64,000 nt of DNA from Octopus bimaculoides (Eukaryota), in assembly GCF_001194135.2 (NCBI RefSeq), contig NC_068985.1, positions 20,613,067 to 20,677,066 of the forward strand, in the 5' to 3' direction. Below are positions 38,653 to 52,381 of the stretch, in pieces; position 1 is the first letter of the stretch, and the number at the start of each line of letters is the position of its first letter. The position numbers and the translations under genes are program-made. The notes below the pieces were generated by a model. It did no database searches, was not told the DNA's origin, and saw only the letters and a program-made list of their open reading frames with translations.

Positions 38653-41600
38653 AACAACAAACAAGATGAGGACAAATATCCATCAAATGTAAATAATGTA
38701 AGTAATGTACATAATTCGTCATCTCTCCAATATAGAACTGTGTTCTGTAATTCAGTCTGACTTACAGCAAAAATAATATGTTGTTATTATACAGTGTTTG
38801 TATGCAGTTTCATATGCCTTCTTCTCTCTCTTTATTCCTCTCTCCCAACAACATCCTTCTCAGATATTTTAGGTCAATCAATCATCTGTCTATTATTTTA
38901 ATTTCATCCCACAGTGGGAGGTGGTCTCCGTTTTTCCATACATGATCAGCTATGCCCGATGCTGTCTCATCTGCTGATTCTTAATAACATAAATTTTGAA
39001 TTACACTCTGCTTTAGTGTCAACACAATTGAATTGTACCACATGAAGTTTTACAAGATTTGTTTATAGTTTAGTCAAGCTCAGTGTTCCTTGTCATAGAT
39101 TGGCATTTTACAATTCATTCCTAACCTTAAGATCCCTCATCCCAAAATATAAACAAATGAATAAAGAGTAGATTATTTTAATCAAACAAGAGCTAATTTT
39201 GTGCAGTGGTTTATTTTCCATATACTCTTAGATTATCCCATCTGCTATATATTTCTTTTTAAGTATTAGCTACATTTTTATGAAAATTACTAATAAAGGT
39301 AACGATTTACGTTATGAAATATTAGAGCTTGGCAGCAAGCTGGCAGAGTTATTAGTATGCCAGGCAAAATGCTTAGCAGCATTTCATCCATCTTTATGTT
39401 CTGTGTTCAAATTCCACTGAGGTTGACATTGCCTTTTTTTCTTTCAAGGTTGATAAAATAAGTACCAGATAAGCACTGGGAGTCAATGTAATTGACTTTA
39501 CCCTTTCCCCTGAAATTCTTGGCCTTGTGTCAAAATTTGAAACCAATGTTAGAGCTTGGTGCATCATGAGTTCTGTTTCTGTTCACTGATAACACAATGT
39601 CAAACTCTTAGGAATTTCAACCATGTTTCGTGGTCTGCTACCACAACAGCTCCTTTATAGGATCCAATTACTTTCTTCTGACATACCTTCCCTTGGTGGA
39701 TTAGGATCCAGTTAGCTCAAGACATCATCAGGAGGAACCACGTCCGGTTTCGGCCCCTACACCTCTACCGTTTTGATGTGGCGGGGCCCCTCCTTTCGGA
39801 GGTGTCTTCAGCTCTGGTGTTGGGTTNNNNNNNNNNNNNNNNNNNNNNNNNNNNNNNNNNNNNNNNNNNNNNNNNNNNNNNNNNNNNNNCTCTTAGGAAT
39901 TTCAACCATGTTTCGTGGTCTGCTACCACAACAGCTCCTTTATAGGATCCAATTACTTTCTTCTGACATACCTTCCCTTGGTGGATTAGGATCCAGTTAG
40001 CTCAAGACATCATCAGGAGGAACCACGTCCGGTTTCGGCCCCTACACCTCTACCGTTTTGATGTGGCGGGGCCCCTCCTTTCGGAGGTGTCTTCAGCTCT
40101 GGTGTTGGGTTTATGTCTTCTTTCTTCTATTCCCTGGCCTAAGCACAGTATCTGGTTTAAATATTTCATTTCTAGGAAAATTACAACCCTTCTAAACACC
40201 CAGTGAAACCTTTTTATTATGACATTTCCTTTGAAATACACCACCCCCATTTCAATTAATTTTTTTAAATAATGAAGAATTTAGTAAAATTACTTTGTCG
40301 TTATTGATCTAATTAAGGTGACAAGCTGGCAAAGTTGTTAGCACACTGGGCAAGATGCTCAGTGACATTTTGCCCATCTTCACCATCTGAGTTCAAATTC
40401 CACTGAGGTCAACTTTACGTTTCATCTTTTTGGAGTTGATAAAGTATCAGTTGAGCACTGGTGGGGGGTCAATGTAATTGACTTACCCCCTCCCATGAAA
40501 CTGCTGGCCTTGTGCCAAAATTTAAAGCCATTATTAATCTACTAGCAAGCTAGCAGAATCGTAAGCACACATGAAATTTTGATTGTAAGTTTTAATCTAG
40601 ATAATTTTAAAACAGGAACTTGTATCATAAATCCAGAAGTCTTCAGCAGGTTAATATTAAAAGAGTTAAGACAACCACCAGCAAGGTGGTGATATTAAGC
40701 TAAGTGATGGAGTAAGTCAGTCAGCTAAGTTTATTAATTGTATCACTTAGAGTCCAAATAGAAGAAAGTTTGTGACAATTTCAACCAGACATAGTTAATC
40801 GTCAACAATCGAACTTCTCTAATAGCCATTTCTATTTCATCTCTAAACCACTAAACCACTAAGTAGATTAACAATAGCAGTATAATGGTACTGAGATAAA
40901 AGGACAGGTTGCCAAACAAGGAAAGTCTCTAAGGGATTTAGGTTCTATGTAAAAGTTATGTTAAGGAATAGAAGCAAAGACGTCATTAGTAACGAGGCAA
41001 ACGAAGCAAGCGATAGTCATAGACAGCTGTTGATGGTTCTTTTATTACGTCAAACAGTTAAAAAATACTGTTCTGTCATAAGTTAAGGAGAAAAGCAAAA
41101 ATAGAAAAGAAAAGGATAAATCTAAAAATGAACTAAACATAGATTTAGGTAGGATTAATGTAAATACACTATGTATAAATAGAAAGAGAAAAAAGAAGAG
41201 GTAGAGAAGTGGAAGAAAAGTACTGAAAGAAGGGGTTTATGATGAGATGGGAAGAAATATAAGAATAAGGGAGGAGTAAAAATTGAGAGAGAGATAATGA
41301 AGGAGATAAGAATGAGCAAATTCTCATAAACATTACTAAAAGTGAGAAAAGAAAGAATAAAACTGAGAAACAGAGAAAGAGAAGACAGAGGTTGAGAAAG
41401 TGGATGGGAGTAACTGAAAATAGTAAGATAGAAAGAAAAAAAATACAAATGATAGATAAGTATGAAGATATTTGTATTTATTTAGTGATGTTGATAGCTA
41501 AAGAACTAAAAATATGAATGCTATAGAAAAAAAAATGCTAATGTATTACATAGTCTTGTTGTAAAAGGTACATGTAAACTGAAATTGTACTTGTTTGCTT

Positions 41601-41966
41601 GTGTGTTTGGATTATATGTTTATGAATGTGAATGTATAAGTGTGGCTGTAAAGAACTTGCAAATAAACATAAAAGAACTTATTTGAAAATACAGTCGAAA
41701 TGATTATCGGTTGTGTGTGGGGGGGGGGGAGGTTGTCCTGTTATTATTATTGTACAATAATTGTAAATGAGAGTCACCATCATGCAAGCTCTGTCTTTCA
41801 TTCCAAATCTTCCTTGAAAACATGTCTGATTATTGGAAAATTGTACTTAGCTTTGAAAGAGATGGGAGTTGGTGACAGGAAAGGCAGCCAACCATAGAAG
41901 ATCTCCTTCTGCAAATTCCATCTTTCCAATGAAAACTGAGAAAATATAGCAATAAAATGATGATGA

Positions 41967-42015
<49 letters not shown>

Positions 42016-42062
42016 CATCATCATACATATATACTTTGATACTTTGATAGGTTTTGGTTATT

Positions 42063-43147
42063 ATTAACCCAAGCCATGTCTAATTTAATAGCACCACCTG
42101 GCAAAGTCATTCAAATCAAGAATTGGACAACAGAGCCCACTCAAGGAGAGGAGAGAGTTATTGTTTACGGAGACATATCTGGGTGTAGGAGGTTTATCCA
42201 GGATTTTTTGAAGGAATTTGTCCAAAGACTTCTTAAATTTTATGGGGTCTGTTTCTGCTTTAATGTGTTTTGGTGTACTGTTAAAGAGAACGGGGCCAAT
42301 TGAGGTGAAATAATTGTGCCCTATTGTTGTTATGTGATGTGAGTATAATTTATGCTGTGGGTAAATAGCATGGGGTCCGAGTCTTGATTGTATCTTAAAG
42401 GTGATGCCAATATCATTTGAGCAATGCTGATGGAATATTTTCCACACCATACAGATGATGTAGCACTCATGGGAGTCATCATCATTATCATTTAACGTGC
42501 GTTTTCCATGCTAGCATGGGTTGGACGATTTGACTGGCAGAGTTTCTACAGCTAGATGCCCTTCCTAACGCCAACCACTCCGAGAGTGTAGTGGGTACTT
42601 TTTACGGGCCACCGGCACAAGGGCTAGTCCGGTGGTATTGGCAACGACCACGCTCAAATGGTGTTTTTTACATGCCACCTGCACAGGAATCAGTCCAATG
42701 TTTTGTTCACATGAGCTTTACTAGTCAACCCCAATAGCCAAAGGCTGTCATGCCATCTCTCTTTTTTGTAATCAACCTTTGAGGTGCTTCAATTTTCATG
42801 ATACTTTGTTTCGTATGGGGAGATCACAGTAGACAACGGAATTCAAGGTGAGGTCAGGCAAAAGTAGAGAAGAGAAGGATAATGGTGTGAATATCTCTTG
42901 ACTGGAAAGTTCTGAGAATCCAGGAACACATTCTGCAGGCCATGTCAACTTCGCTGTTTATATGAGCGGTCCAGCTTATGTTGTTGTCAACAATTACTCC
43001 CATGGATGCCATGAGAGTTTCACCTGAAAGAAGGGAGTATAGGAGACGCAGGGTATTCTCTTTTCCGTAGTGGATTAATTCAAATTTGTTCTCGTTCAGC
43101 AGCATCTTATTCTTTTCTGTCCATTGGATGACAGCCAGTAGATCTAA
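42063..43147 (-). mobile_element. CR1/L2-type LINE 3' half, split by a family A insertion (42478-42697)
   Basis: DLLAVIQWTEKNKMLLNENKFELIHYG...GVIVDNNISWTAHI...RMCSWILRTF...PHLE...MVWKIF...LFNSTPKHIK...FKKSLDKFLQKILDKPPTP. Confidence 0.88.
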
Positions 43148-43494
43148 CTGTCATCCAATGGGTGGAAAAGAATAATATGCTGTATGTAGGTATGTGTGTA
43201 TGTATGTATGTATGTATGTATGTGTGTATGTATGTGTGTATGTATGTGTCTATGTAGGTGTCTATGTATGTGTGCATGTATGTGTGTATATATGTGTGTA
43301 TGTATGTGTTTGTGTATGTACAATTACAGTTCAAACTGGAATTTTAGTGGCATGCCAATTTGAGCACTCTGAGTTCATACCTATTAGTTTGAGTCACCCT
43401 GACGAAAAATCTCCATATCTTTTATATATGTGTATGTGTATATATATATATATATAGGTATGTATATATGTACATATGTATATGTATGTATAAG

Positions 43495-43525
<31 letters not shown>

Positions 43526-43575
43526 GTGTGTTTGTGGATGTGCATGTGTATAGATAAATAGATAGGTAGATAGAT

Positions 43576-43616
<41 letters not shown>

Positions 43617-44611
43617 TACACATACATACACACACACTTGTAAAAATGTACCTGTGTTTGTATTTTTGCATAGATTCACAGGGAAAAAAATAAAGAAAAT
43701 AAGCCAACAATTAGGTTGACATATTTTCTCACATATAAATTGGTTGGATGTTATTATGTCACAGTTGAAACTAAAGCTGGATAAACATATTAATAGTTAC
43801 TTCATATTGTTGTCAAGAAATAGTATATTTAGTTCCTTGGCTAATGAAGCTTCTGTGATATTTTAGTGTTCAGCTCGTCAGTATTTCTCTCACTGGTTAG
43901 TTGGAGAGATAATGCCAAGTACATAAAATGTTACCATTTGATGGTATATTTTTTGTAGTGTTTGTAGAATACATGGATTGATGGCTTGATAATTCTGAAG
44001 AATTTTGCATGGTAGCTGAATATTGGAAGTCTAGAAATAAATTAGCTGGCTGAGTATAGAAAAAGATGAATGAATATTTAATGGTGTGTGAAGGAATCAA
44101 AGAAGGAAATGTAGATGGCGAGAGAAAAATAGACCTAATGGAACATTGAGTAGGTTGATTATTGGCTAAAAAAAAATCATGTTGATCAGCTGACACACCT
44201 TTGAGAAATCAGTAACCAAATATTTGAAATGTGTGTATTGAATATCTCCCTTCCATATTCCTCTGACACTTATATCATGCTACCCTCATCTTCCTTCTAA
44301 ATCATTAGTCATGATATTTGAGTAACTTTCACCTGCCCTCTCTGACTCTCCTGTCACTATGCCATTTTGGACATATTACCTTGAGGATATACCCTGGTTC
44401 CTCATCGTGACCTCATCATCTCTCTTCTGCACCACTATACCCACCCTTAGATAACATAACATGGCACTGCGTCATCTCATGTTCATCCCCCACATCTTTA
44501 CTCTTCACTGCATTTTGCCTTTATCATTCTGACTCTCACTAATCTCTTGACACTGCTTTGCCCTTTATCTTTCATTTTCCCTTCTTATTACCCCCTTCCA
44601 CTTTGACTTAT

Positions 44612-44829
44612 TTCGCATAAGAGTCTGATGGTCCCTATCTCAAAGTTTTGGTTTTCTTCTGGAGTTTTGTTTCCACAAGAAGGTTTTTCCTTCTTTCTCA
44701 AAGGCTGTCATTACTTTCGAGACAGTACTTCTTGATACACCAAACATTTCAGCTGTTTTTTGCTATGCTAGCACCTGCCATACGAGCACCAACAATTTGA
44801 CTTCTTTGAAAGTCCATTAGATCTGTCAT
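44612..44829 (-). mobile_element. Tc1-like transposase N-terminal (HTH) fragment
   Basis: MTDLMDFQRSQIVGARMAGASI/KTAEMFGVSRSTVSKVMTAFEKEGKT...RRKPKL*DRD; frameshift and stop. Confidence 0.88.
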
Positions 44830-45479
44830 TTTAATGAATTTTAATTACTTTTTTCTGATGATATCAGAAAAGAAACAACAATTTTAGCAAAACATATTAA
44901 GCAACACTAACAATAAATCAAAAAACATAAAAATAAACAAGCTTTTGATGGTTTTTATAGATATTTCAAAATTATGATGCTATGTGTTTCCATTATTTTG
45001 TCCAACCTCTGTATGTGTGTGTGTGTCTGTCTGTCTGTCAGTCTGTGTCTCTGTTTGTGTGGACTTATAAAGTACATGGGTGCTGAGAAGACATATGAAA
45101 TGTGGGAAGTGGGTGGGTATATGCAGCCACTTAATGTGCCAATGGCTAATGTACTGTTACCACTTGAAAATTTTCAAAGCAATAAGATGAAAGATCAGTG
45201 AGATAAATAGCATTATCCTCACACATTTATACAAATATAAATATATGCATGAATTTTTTTTATTAGTTTATATAGTATTTCTTTACATGGCCTCATATAG
45301 AATTCAGTTTGTAAGTCTTCTTGTCTGGAAAATAAATATTATTTTGTTGTGAGTCTGGGATTATATCTCTTTATATCTTTCTCTATAAGGTGAATATTGC
45401 TACATCTCTGCAATGAGACCTTCTGTTTCTATTATTATAAATATATTTTGAGATTGCTGAAGTGTTTTATATTTCTCAG

Positions 45480-45563
45480 AATTAGAACAATCTATAGCTG
45501 TAGAGTTCGTTTTCAAGGAATGCCCACTAAACCCACCAGAACTAGATATATTATTCCTATGAA
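45480..45563 (+). other. Candidate 84-nt exon (IRTIYSCRVRFQGMPTKPTRTRYIIPMK)
   Basis: ttttatatttctcag acceptor, GAA|GTATGA donor, open phase 2-2; no recognised homology. Confidence 0.25.
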
Positions 45564-45801
45564 GTATGAGAAAATTCTTCTTTTGAAGTTGTAGGTTTAT
45601 GGGCACAAATGTGACCATACATGCAGGTGTGACCATAGGCACAGGTGTGGCTGCGTAGTAAGAGTTTGTTTCCCAACCACTTGGTTCCGAGTTCAGTCCC
45701 ACTGGATGACACTTTGAGCAAGTGTCTTCCACTATAGTTCCAGGCTGACCAAAGACTTCCGAGAAAAGTTTTTTGTAAAAAGAAACTGAAAGAAAGCTTG
45801 T

Positions 45802-45856
<55 letters not shown>

Positions 45857-46832
45857 GTGTTTATTTATGCCCCTCCTCCACAGCTTGACAACTGGTGTGA
45901 GTTTGTTTACATCCCCTGCAACTTACCAGTTCGGCAAAAAGAAACCAATAGAATAAGTACCAAGCTTTAAAAATTAAGTACAAGGACTGATTTATCTGAC
46001 AAATCTTTCAAATCAGTGATCCAGCATGGCCACAGTCCAATGAATGAAGCAAGCAAAAGATGCTATTTATTGTTGAATCTTGATGATATGGGCAATGTTT
46101 GAAATGCAGCTAAAATGCTCCTATCAATTTAAAACTTCATAGCAGAATCACTTTTTGGCTATAGATACATTTTCCATGCAGTTTGATGAGCATCATTTCT
46201 ACAGCTGTCAACCGAATATTGTCAATATTGTTAAGAGCCCCAATTCTAAAATACTTCATGCAAATAGCAGAGAGTTACTGTAGTGGAAGAAACAAATGTA
46301 TGCATAAACAGATGAAAGCTCTTTGAGATGTGAAGACATGCATAGTTATTATCCATGAATTTATAATCAAAGCGAAAAGGATCAAATCCAAATACATCAG
46401 AGGAAACTGCAGATTATGTGTAGTAAACAGACTCTTTAATTCCAGACTAATCTTCAACATTCAGAGGGATTTTATGTTCTGTGCCCGAATATTTTTATGA
46501 AATAATCAAATAAGATTTGGTAGGTACATGAAAGACACAGCTCAAGTGATCTGAAAGAGTGATTAAGTATATAAAACATCAATCAAAGAAGGCAAAAAGC
46601 AATGGTTCCAAAGTCTGGTTCAAACCTGTAAATTCAGTAGGAGGTGGGGTGGTAGTTGATTACATTGATAATCCCCAGTGCTTGACTGGTACTTATTTTA
46701 TTGAGCCAAAAGAGATGAAAGACAGAGTTGACCTCGATAGTTTTTGGACTCAGAATGTTAAGAGTGAAAAGAAATTCCTCTAAGCCTTTTATCTGGTGCA
46801 GAAACAACTCTGCCAGTTCACTACTTCAACCC

Positions 46833-47285
46833 TCTCAGACCTGTGCCCCTGTGTCTAACTTCACCCACTACCTGGGCTCCTGAGCAAAAATATAAGTGCT
46901 GGAGGCACATAAAAAGCACCATCCAAACATGGTCAGTGCCAGCGCACCGACTGGCTTCTGTGCCAGTGGCACGTAAAAAGCACCATCTAAACATGGTTGA
47001 TGCCAGCGCCACCATGACTGGCTCCGGTGCCAGTGGCACATAAAAGCATCATCCAAACATGGTTGATGCCAGCACCCTCTGGCTCCTGTGCCGGTGGCAT
47101 GTAAAAAGCACCCACTACACTGTCGGAGTGGTTGGCGTTAGGAAGGGCATCCAGCTGTAGAAACACTGCCAGATCAGATTGGAGTTAGGTGCAGCCTCCT
47201 GGCTTCCCAGACCCCAGTCGAACTGTCCAACCCATACCAGCATGGAAAACGGACGTTAAACGATGATGATGATGATGATGATGAC
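46833..47285 (+). mobile_element. Family A retroposon with expanded subunit array
   Basis: Repeated tggcac.taaaaagcaccatccaaacatgg units, then consensus tail and (GAT)n. Confidence 0.9.
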
Positions 47286-48554
47286 AGCTCAAGAGTAATG
47301 ATTGCAGGCAAAGTAATAGACAGGATCGTCTGCATCTTTTTCTACATGTGTTGTTCATTACCACATTACTAGGAATCCAGTAGAGATAACATTTCACCTA
47401 TTTATGCTATAGCGGGAATATAGTGTGACAGGGTTATGAATGCAAAAGTAATAGTTATGTGATACAAATGGGTGGAGAGAAATGCTAAATACTGACAATG
47501 CAAGTTCTCAAAGTAGAAGGAAAATCTAGAAGGAATAATCTGAGATCTCAAGATGTCAGGTCTCATAGACGAGAAGTTGCAAGACTGAGTAAAAATTGCT
47601 GTAGATTTTGACCTATCCATAGCAACATGGGAAAGAAAATGTTTAAAAAGTTTAAAACATTGATGAAATTGAAGGGGAAGATTTTATCTTGTCTTGTTTC
47701 CATCTTATCATTAACGTTGGTGCAGCCATAGCTGTAAGAAATTTGCTTCCCAACCACTACTGTCTGACACCTTGGGCAAGTGTCTTCTGTTATAGCCTTG
47801 AACTGACCAAAGCCTTGTGAGTGGATTTAGTAGAGGAAAACTAAAAGAAGCCTGTTGTTTATATGAATGCTAGACAACTGGTACTGGTGTGTTTATGTTC
47901 CCATAACTTAGTGGCTCAGCAAAAGAAAGTGATAAAATAAGTACCAGGCTTTTTAAAAATAAGTACTGGGATCTATTCCTTTGACTAAAAATTCTTCAAG
48001 GTGATGTCCCAGCATGGCCACAATCAAATGACTGAAACAAGTAAAAGATAGATGACAAAAGATTTCCAACAGTGTGATGTCCAGCCTTTTGCTCCAGCAA
48101 GAAAGAGGTGATGTCTGATACGTATCTATACTTGGCATCACAATCCACGTTGTAATGTTTATAAATCATTGTTGTTCTTTCTTTCTGTTGACCAAATGTG
48201 ATACTTCTGAGCTCTCTAACTATGTATGTTTGTATGTGTGTATGTGTATTTGTATCATTCTGCATTCTTTACTATGTCAGCTATGCATGCTCAGAATGTA
48301 GACATTATATGTAAATCCTACTGGTAACGTCTTGTGTGTGTGTGTGTGTGCGTGTGTGGTAAGCTTTTTGTTCTTGAATGCAATGGTTGGTTGTATATGA
48401 AGTTCTCTTTCATACTGCAATACAACACCAAGTTATGTTAACAAGGTTTATTTTGCGTATGAAATGCTGAGATTTTTCAAATGCATTCTGTGCTGAGTTG
48501 TAGCATTGCAGAAGGTGATAAAAGCACTCCTTCTGATTTTGTTGTTGTTTTTGT

Positions 48555-48573
48555 AGCTGCTGCTGCTACTGCT

Positions 48574-48617
<44 letters not shown>

Positions 48618-48619
48618 TG
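48555..48619. repeat. Compound (GCT)/(GTT) trinucleotide microsatellite
   Basis: gctgctgctgctactgctgctgctgttgttgttgttgttgctgct... Confidence 0.9.
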
Positions 48620-48770
48620 AAAACAACAAATTGTATTTATATGAAGTCTTTGATTAACAGTGCTGTTTTATTGTATCTTTCTGGGTGCTAACTTTAAAAC
48701 ACTTAACCTTTTCAAGCACTTTAGAGTTCAAAAGTTTTATGTAGAGTTTGGCATTTTATGTCATTTATAG

Positions 48771-48884
48771 GCAGTGTTGGAAAGCATGTTTCTATGTACT
48801 GAATATTCATTGTGCATCTGATATTCGTGCCAGAACTACTTTGTCTTCATTGCTGGCATATTGTCTGCAGGACAAATTTATTCA
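48771..48884 (+). other. Candidate 114-nt exon (QCWKACFYVLNIHCASDIRARTTLSSLLAYCLQDKFI)
   Basis: cattttatgtcatttatag acceptor, TCA|GTAATT donor, open phase 2-2; no recognised homology. Confidence 0.25.
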
Positions 48885-50051
48885 GTAATTTCAAGTTGGT
48901 TGGGTGAATTTTGAATGAGATTTGGCTGCTAATTCTCACATGTCAAACAAATGCTACTTCAAATACTTTCTACACTTTGCAGTTGATAGCAACAGGACAT
49001 TTCCTCCACATTTTGCCATCTATATTCATAGCTTGGACAACAGCTATACACCAAATGTGAACTATTTCTAGCAGAAAGGAAATCTTCTTCGTAGCAGATA
49101 AGCAGTTACAGCTTATCTTGTTTGTTACTCATGTAGTATTGAAATCCTTTTTCTGAGCATTTATTTTTATTTTGTGTGTGTGTATATGAGATAGATATTT
49201 ATCACACCTTCCTTCTATCAAATTCCATTCACATGGCACTGGTCAGCCCAAAACTATAGTAGAATATATTTGTCCTTGGCATTGCCCAGCAAGATTGTAT
49301 ATAGAACCATAAGAAGTGAAATTCTTAACCGCTCAGTCATGACTGTGCCCAGATATCAGTTACTTGCATATTTTCTACTATTTGGTTAGCATAAATTTGC
49401 ACTTAAGACATTACTGTTTCATTTTGTTTTTCTTTCAGATAATTCCTTTCTTCACAATAGTTTTATTGTTCTTTAACCAAATTTCAAGTATTTTTTAATC
49501 TTCAAATTTCTCAATCTTTCCATGATAAGAAACATTCATTTTTTTAAATACTTATATCAAATCTGTATTGGTTATTTCTCTCCTTTGTAGCATAAATGCA
49601 ATGAAACACAAGGCAGTCACTCTTTTACTATCTTACTTGTTTCAGTCATTGGACTGTGGCCATGCTAGAACAATGCATTGTTGAGTTAGCTAAACAAATT
49701 GACCCCCAGTATGTATTTTAAGTCTGAAACTTATTCTATTGGTTACTTTTGCTGAACACTAAGTTATGGTGGATGTAATCAAACTAACACCACCTGTCAA
49801 GTGGGTGGGGGGGGGCACAAAGACACATACATACATATATATATGTATGTATGAAAAACAAAATGAAAATAAGGATTTCAAAATAAAATACACACACACA
49901 CACACATATATATATATACACACACACACAATATATATATAGAGAGAGAGACAGACAGACAGACTTCTGCAGAGTTTCCCTCTATCAGGTTCACTTACAA
50001 GAATTGGTTGTTCTCAGACTATAATTGAAGACACTTGCCCAACCTGCTGTG

Positions 50052-50102
50052 CAGTAGGACAGTAGGACAGTAGGACAGTAGGACAGTAGGACAGTAGGAC
50101 AG
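50052..50102. repeat. (CAGTAGGA)6 tandem expansion inside a family B SINE head
   Basis: Six perfect 8-mers at the position of the SINE B-box region. Confidence 0.9.
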
Positions 50103-51725
50103 AACATGAAACCATAAGGTTGTAAAGTCAACTTCTTAATCACAGAATCTTGCTACAGCTTTAAATATTGAAGGCATTTCTTCAATTATTTATAGGATTT
50201 TTTGAGTTCCTCTCTACCTGGAGTTACTTTAAGAAAATTTGAATTACATTTACAATTTCAATTAATTCCACATTTTTCTATGCATTTCAGCCCAAAGGCA
50301 GTGGCCATACTGGGGCACCGCCAAATTTGTATGCATTCATTAAATGGAATTGGTAGAGAATTTCCTATACGTGTGACTCCTTTCAGTAAATCAATTTACT
50401 AGGCGTGATAACTTGTAAGCTGCACTTTCCATCTCACAACTCCCAAATATCTCAGAAAATTAGCTTGTGTCTCATAAATGTAAGATCAAGATTTAGGTTA
50501 CTGGCAAATGGTAGTTCAAGAAAGTTGCCTGGCAAAAATAGAAGTGCATCTTATGATTTCAAGTACCATATAAACCATCCATTACAGCACTTAAACATCA
50601 GTAGCTATATATTGAAGTCAGATGTTTTAAAGGTATATATAGCAAATTGACAAAATTAATTTAGCTATTTAATTTCATTAGTTAATTTGATATTATTAAT
50701 GACTCCATTTCTCACTTCTTCCTCTATGTAGATATTTCGCACTATTTTATTGTTCTAAATCTCTTATACTTATCTGTGTATAGTATTTTATAGCTACACC
50801 ACTGAGTTGATGCTGGCTAATTTAATAGACTGCCAGCTGATTAATTGAATGATCTGTATTTCTCAACCTTGATCTTGTGGTCCATGTTCAGCACAATATA
50901 TTCACTGGCCTGTTCAGCAGCTGTTGAGAGATAGCATGAGAGATACAACTTATTGCTTTGAATAGTGGTGGAAGTATATTACCACAATTACGTATTTTCT
51001 CACTTTGCTCAATGAATTCAAATTGTGCAATGATATTATTGATATAAAAACTCATGTGCAACAGAAAGCAGCATTAGTATAAAATGATAATCTGTGTATC
51101 ATAATTCATGCTGATATATCATGCAAAGTGAAATTAACTATGGTATTCATCCTAAGATAACATTTCTTATAGATATACAGTGTTAAAGAATACTGAAATA
51201 CTGAAATATATATCAGTAGCAAAACTCCATACACATATGCTTCATCCCCAATTCTTCTCAGTAGAAGATGAATATTGTTCAGCATCAGTGGTAGGAATGT
51301 GAGATCCACATTTCTGCCTTTTTTGTGTTTTGTCAGTAGCAAGTACTCATAGAACATCGTTTTGATTATGAGGGGTTGATCAAGATGACTTTTCCTACAT
51401 TTACACCTTAGCTGTGTCCTCATAACCTGGTACATTATTGCACTCTCTGCAATATCCTTGATTTTACTCAAAACATTAAACCAAAAATATTTTCTATGTT
51501 TTCTTTTGAAATGTGTTAAAAATAAATGTAGATATATATACACATGTGCATGCACACAAACACACACACGTGCACACAAACACACACATGAGAAGAAAGA
51601 TAGAACACCTTCATATATGTTATAGAGTTTATTCATTCATGTCATTAAGAAATGATTTCTGTTACCTGAGTATATACACAAGGAAACTCCAAGCAACAAA
51701 AGACAGGAGCATAAGCAGTGAGTGA

Positions 51726-51775
<50 letters not shown>

Positions 51776-52222
51776 CATCATTATCCTCATCTTCATCATT
51801 TAACATCTTTCCATGTTGGCATGGAGCTGGCCAAGTGGGAGCCTGTGCCATGCTTCTGAGTGTGTTCTGGCATGTTTTTTTTCCTTGTGGCTGGATGCCC
51901 TTCCTTATACCGACCACTCCAAAGAGTGGGCTGAGTGCTTTTTACATGGCACTCACACAGGCGAGGTCAGTTTTGGTGTGGTTTTTTTTACAACTGGATG
52001 CCCTTCCACATGCCAACCACTTTATAGTGTGGACTGGGTGCTTTTTTAAGTGGCACCTGCACTGGCAGAGTCACCAAGTGTCTTTGCATGACAAAGAGTC
52101 TTTGAGTGGGGAGGAAGCATTGGAGGAGGTGATCTTGTGCCAGATGATGAAAGATTAGAGTTTAACAGAAAGGCAGAAAAAGATGTCTTGCTGTAGAGGA
52201 GGTCTATACTCATATATAAATA

Positions 52223-52333
<111 letters not shown>

Positions 52334-52350
52334 CACACATATATATACAC

Positions 52351-52381
<31 letters not shown>

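Noticed and set aside
39605-39826. 222-bp exact tandem duplication
   Set aside because: Identical copies abut an N gap; most likely contig-end overlap
40700-41070. Possible solo LTR
   Set aside because: No convincing TG...CA ends, TSD or second copy in the window
48555-48619. Possible polyQ/polyA coding exon
   Set aside because: The Q frame has an in-frame TAG; other frames lack a supported donor; simple repeat
51106-51636. 176-aa minus ORF
   Set aside because: Starts in microsatellite, no recognisable domain or clear exon boundaries
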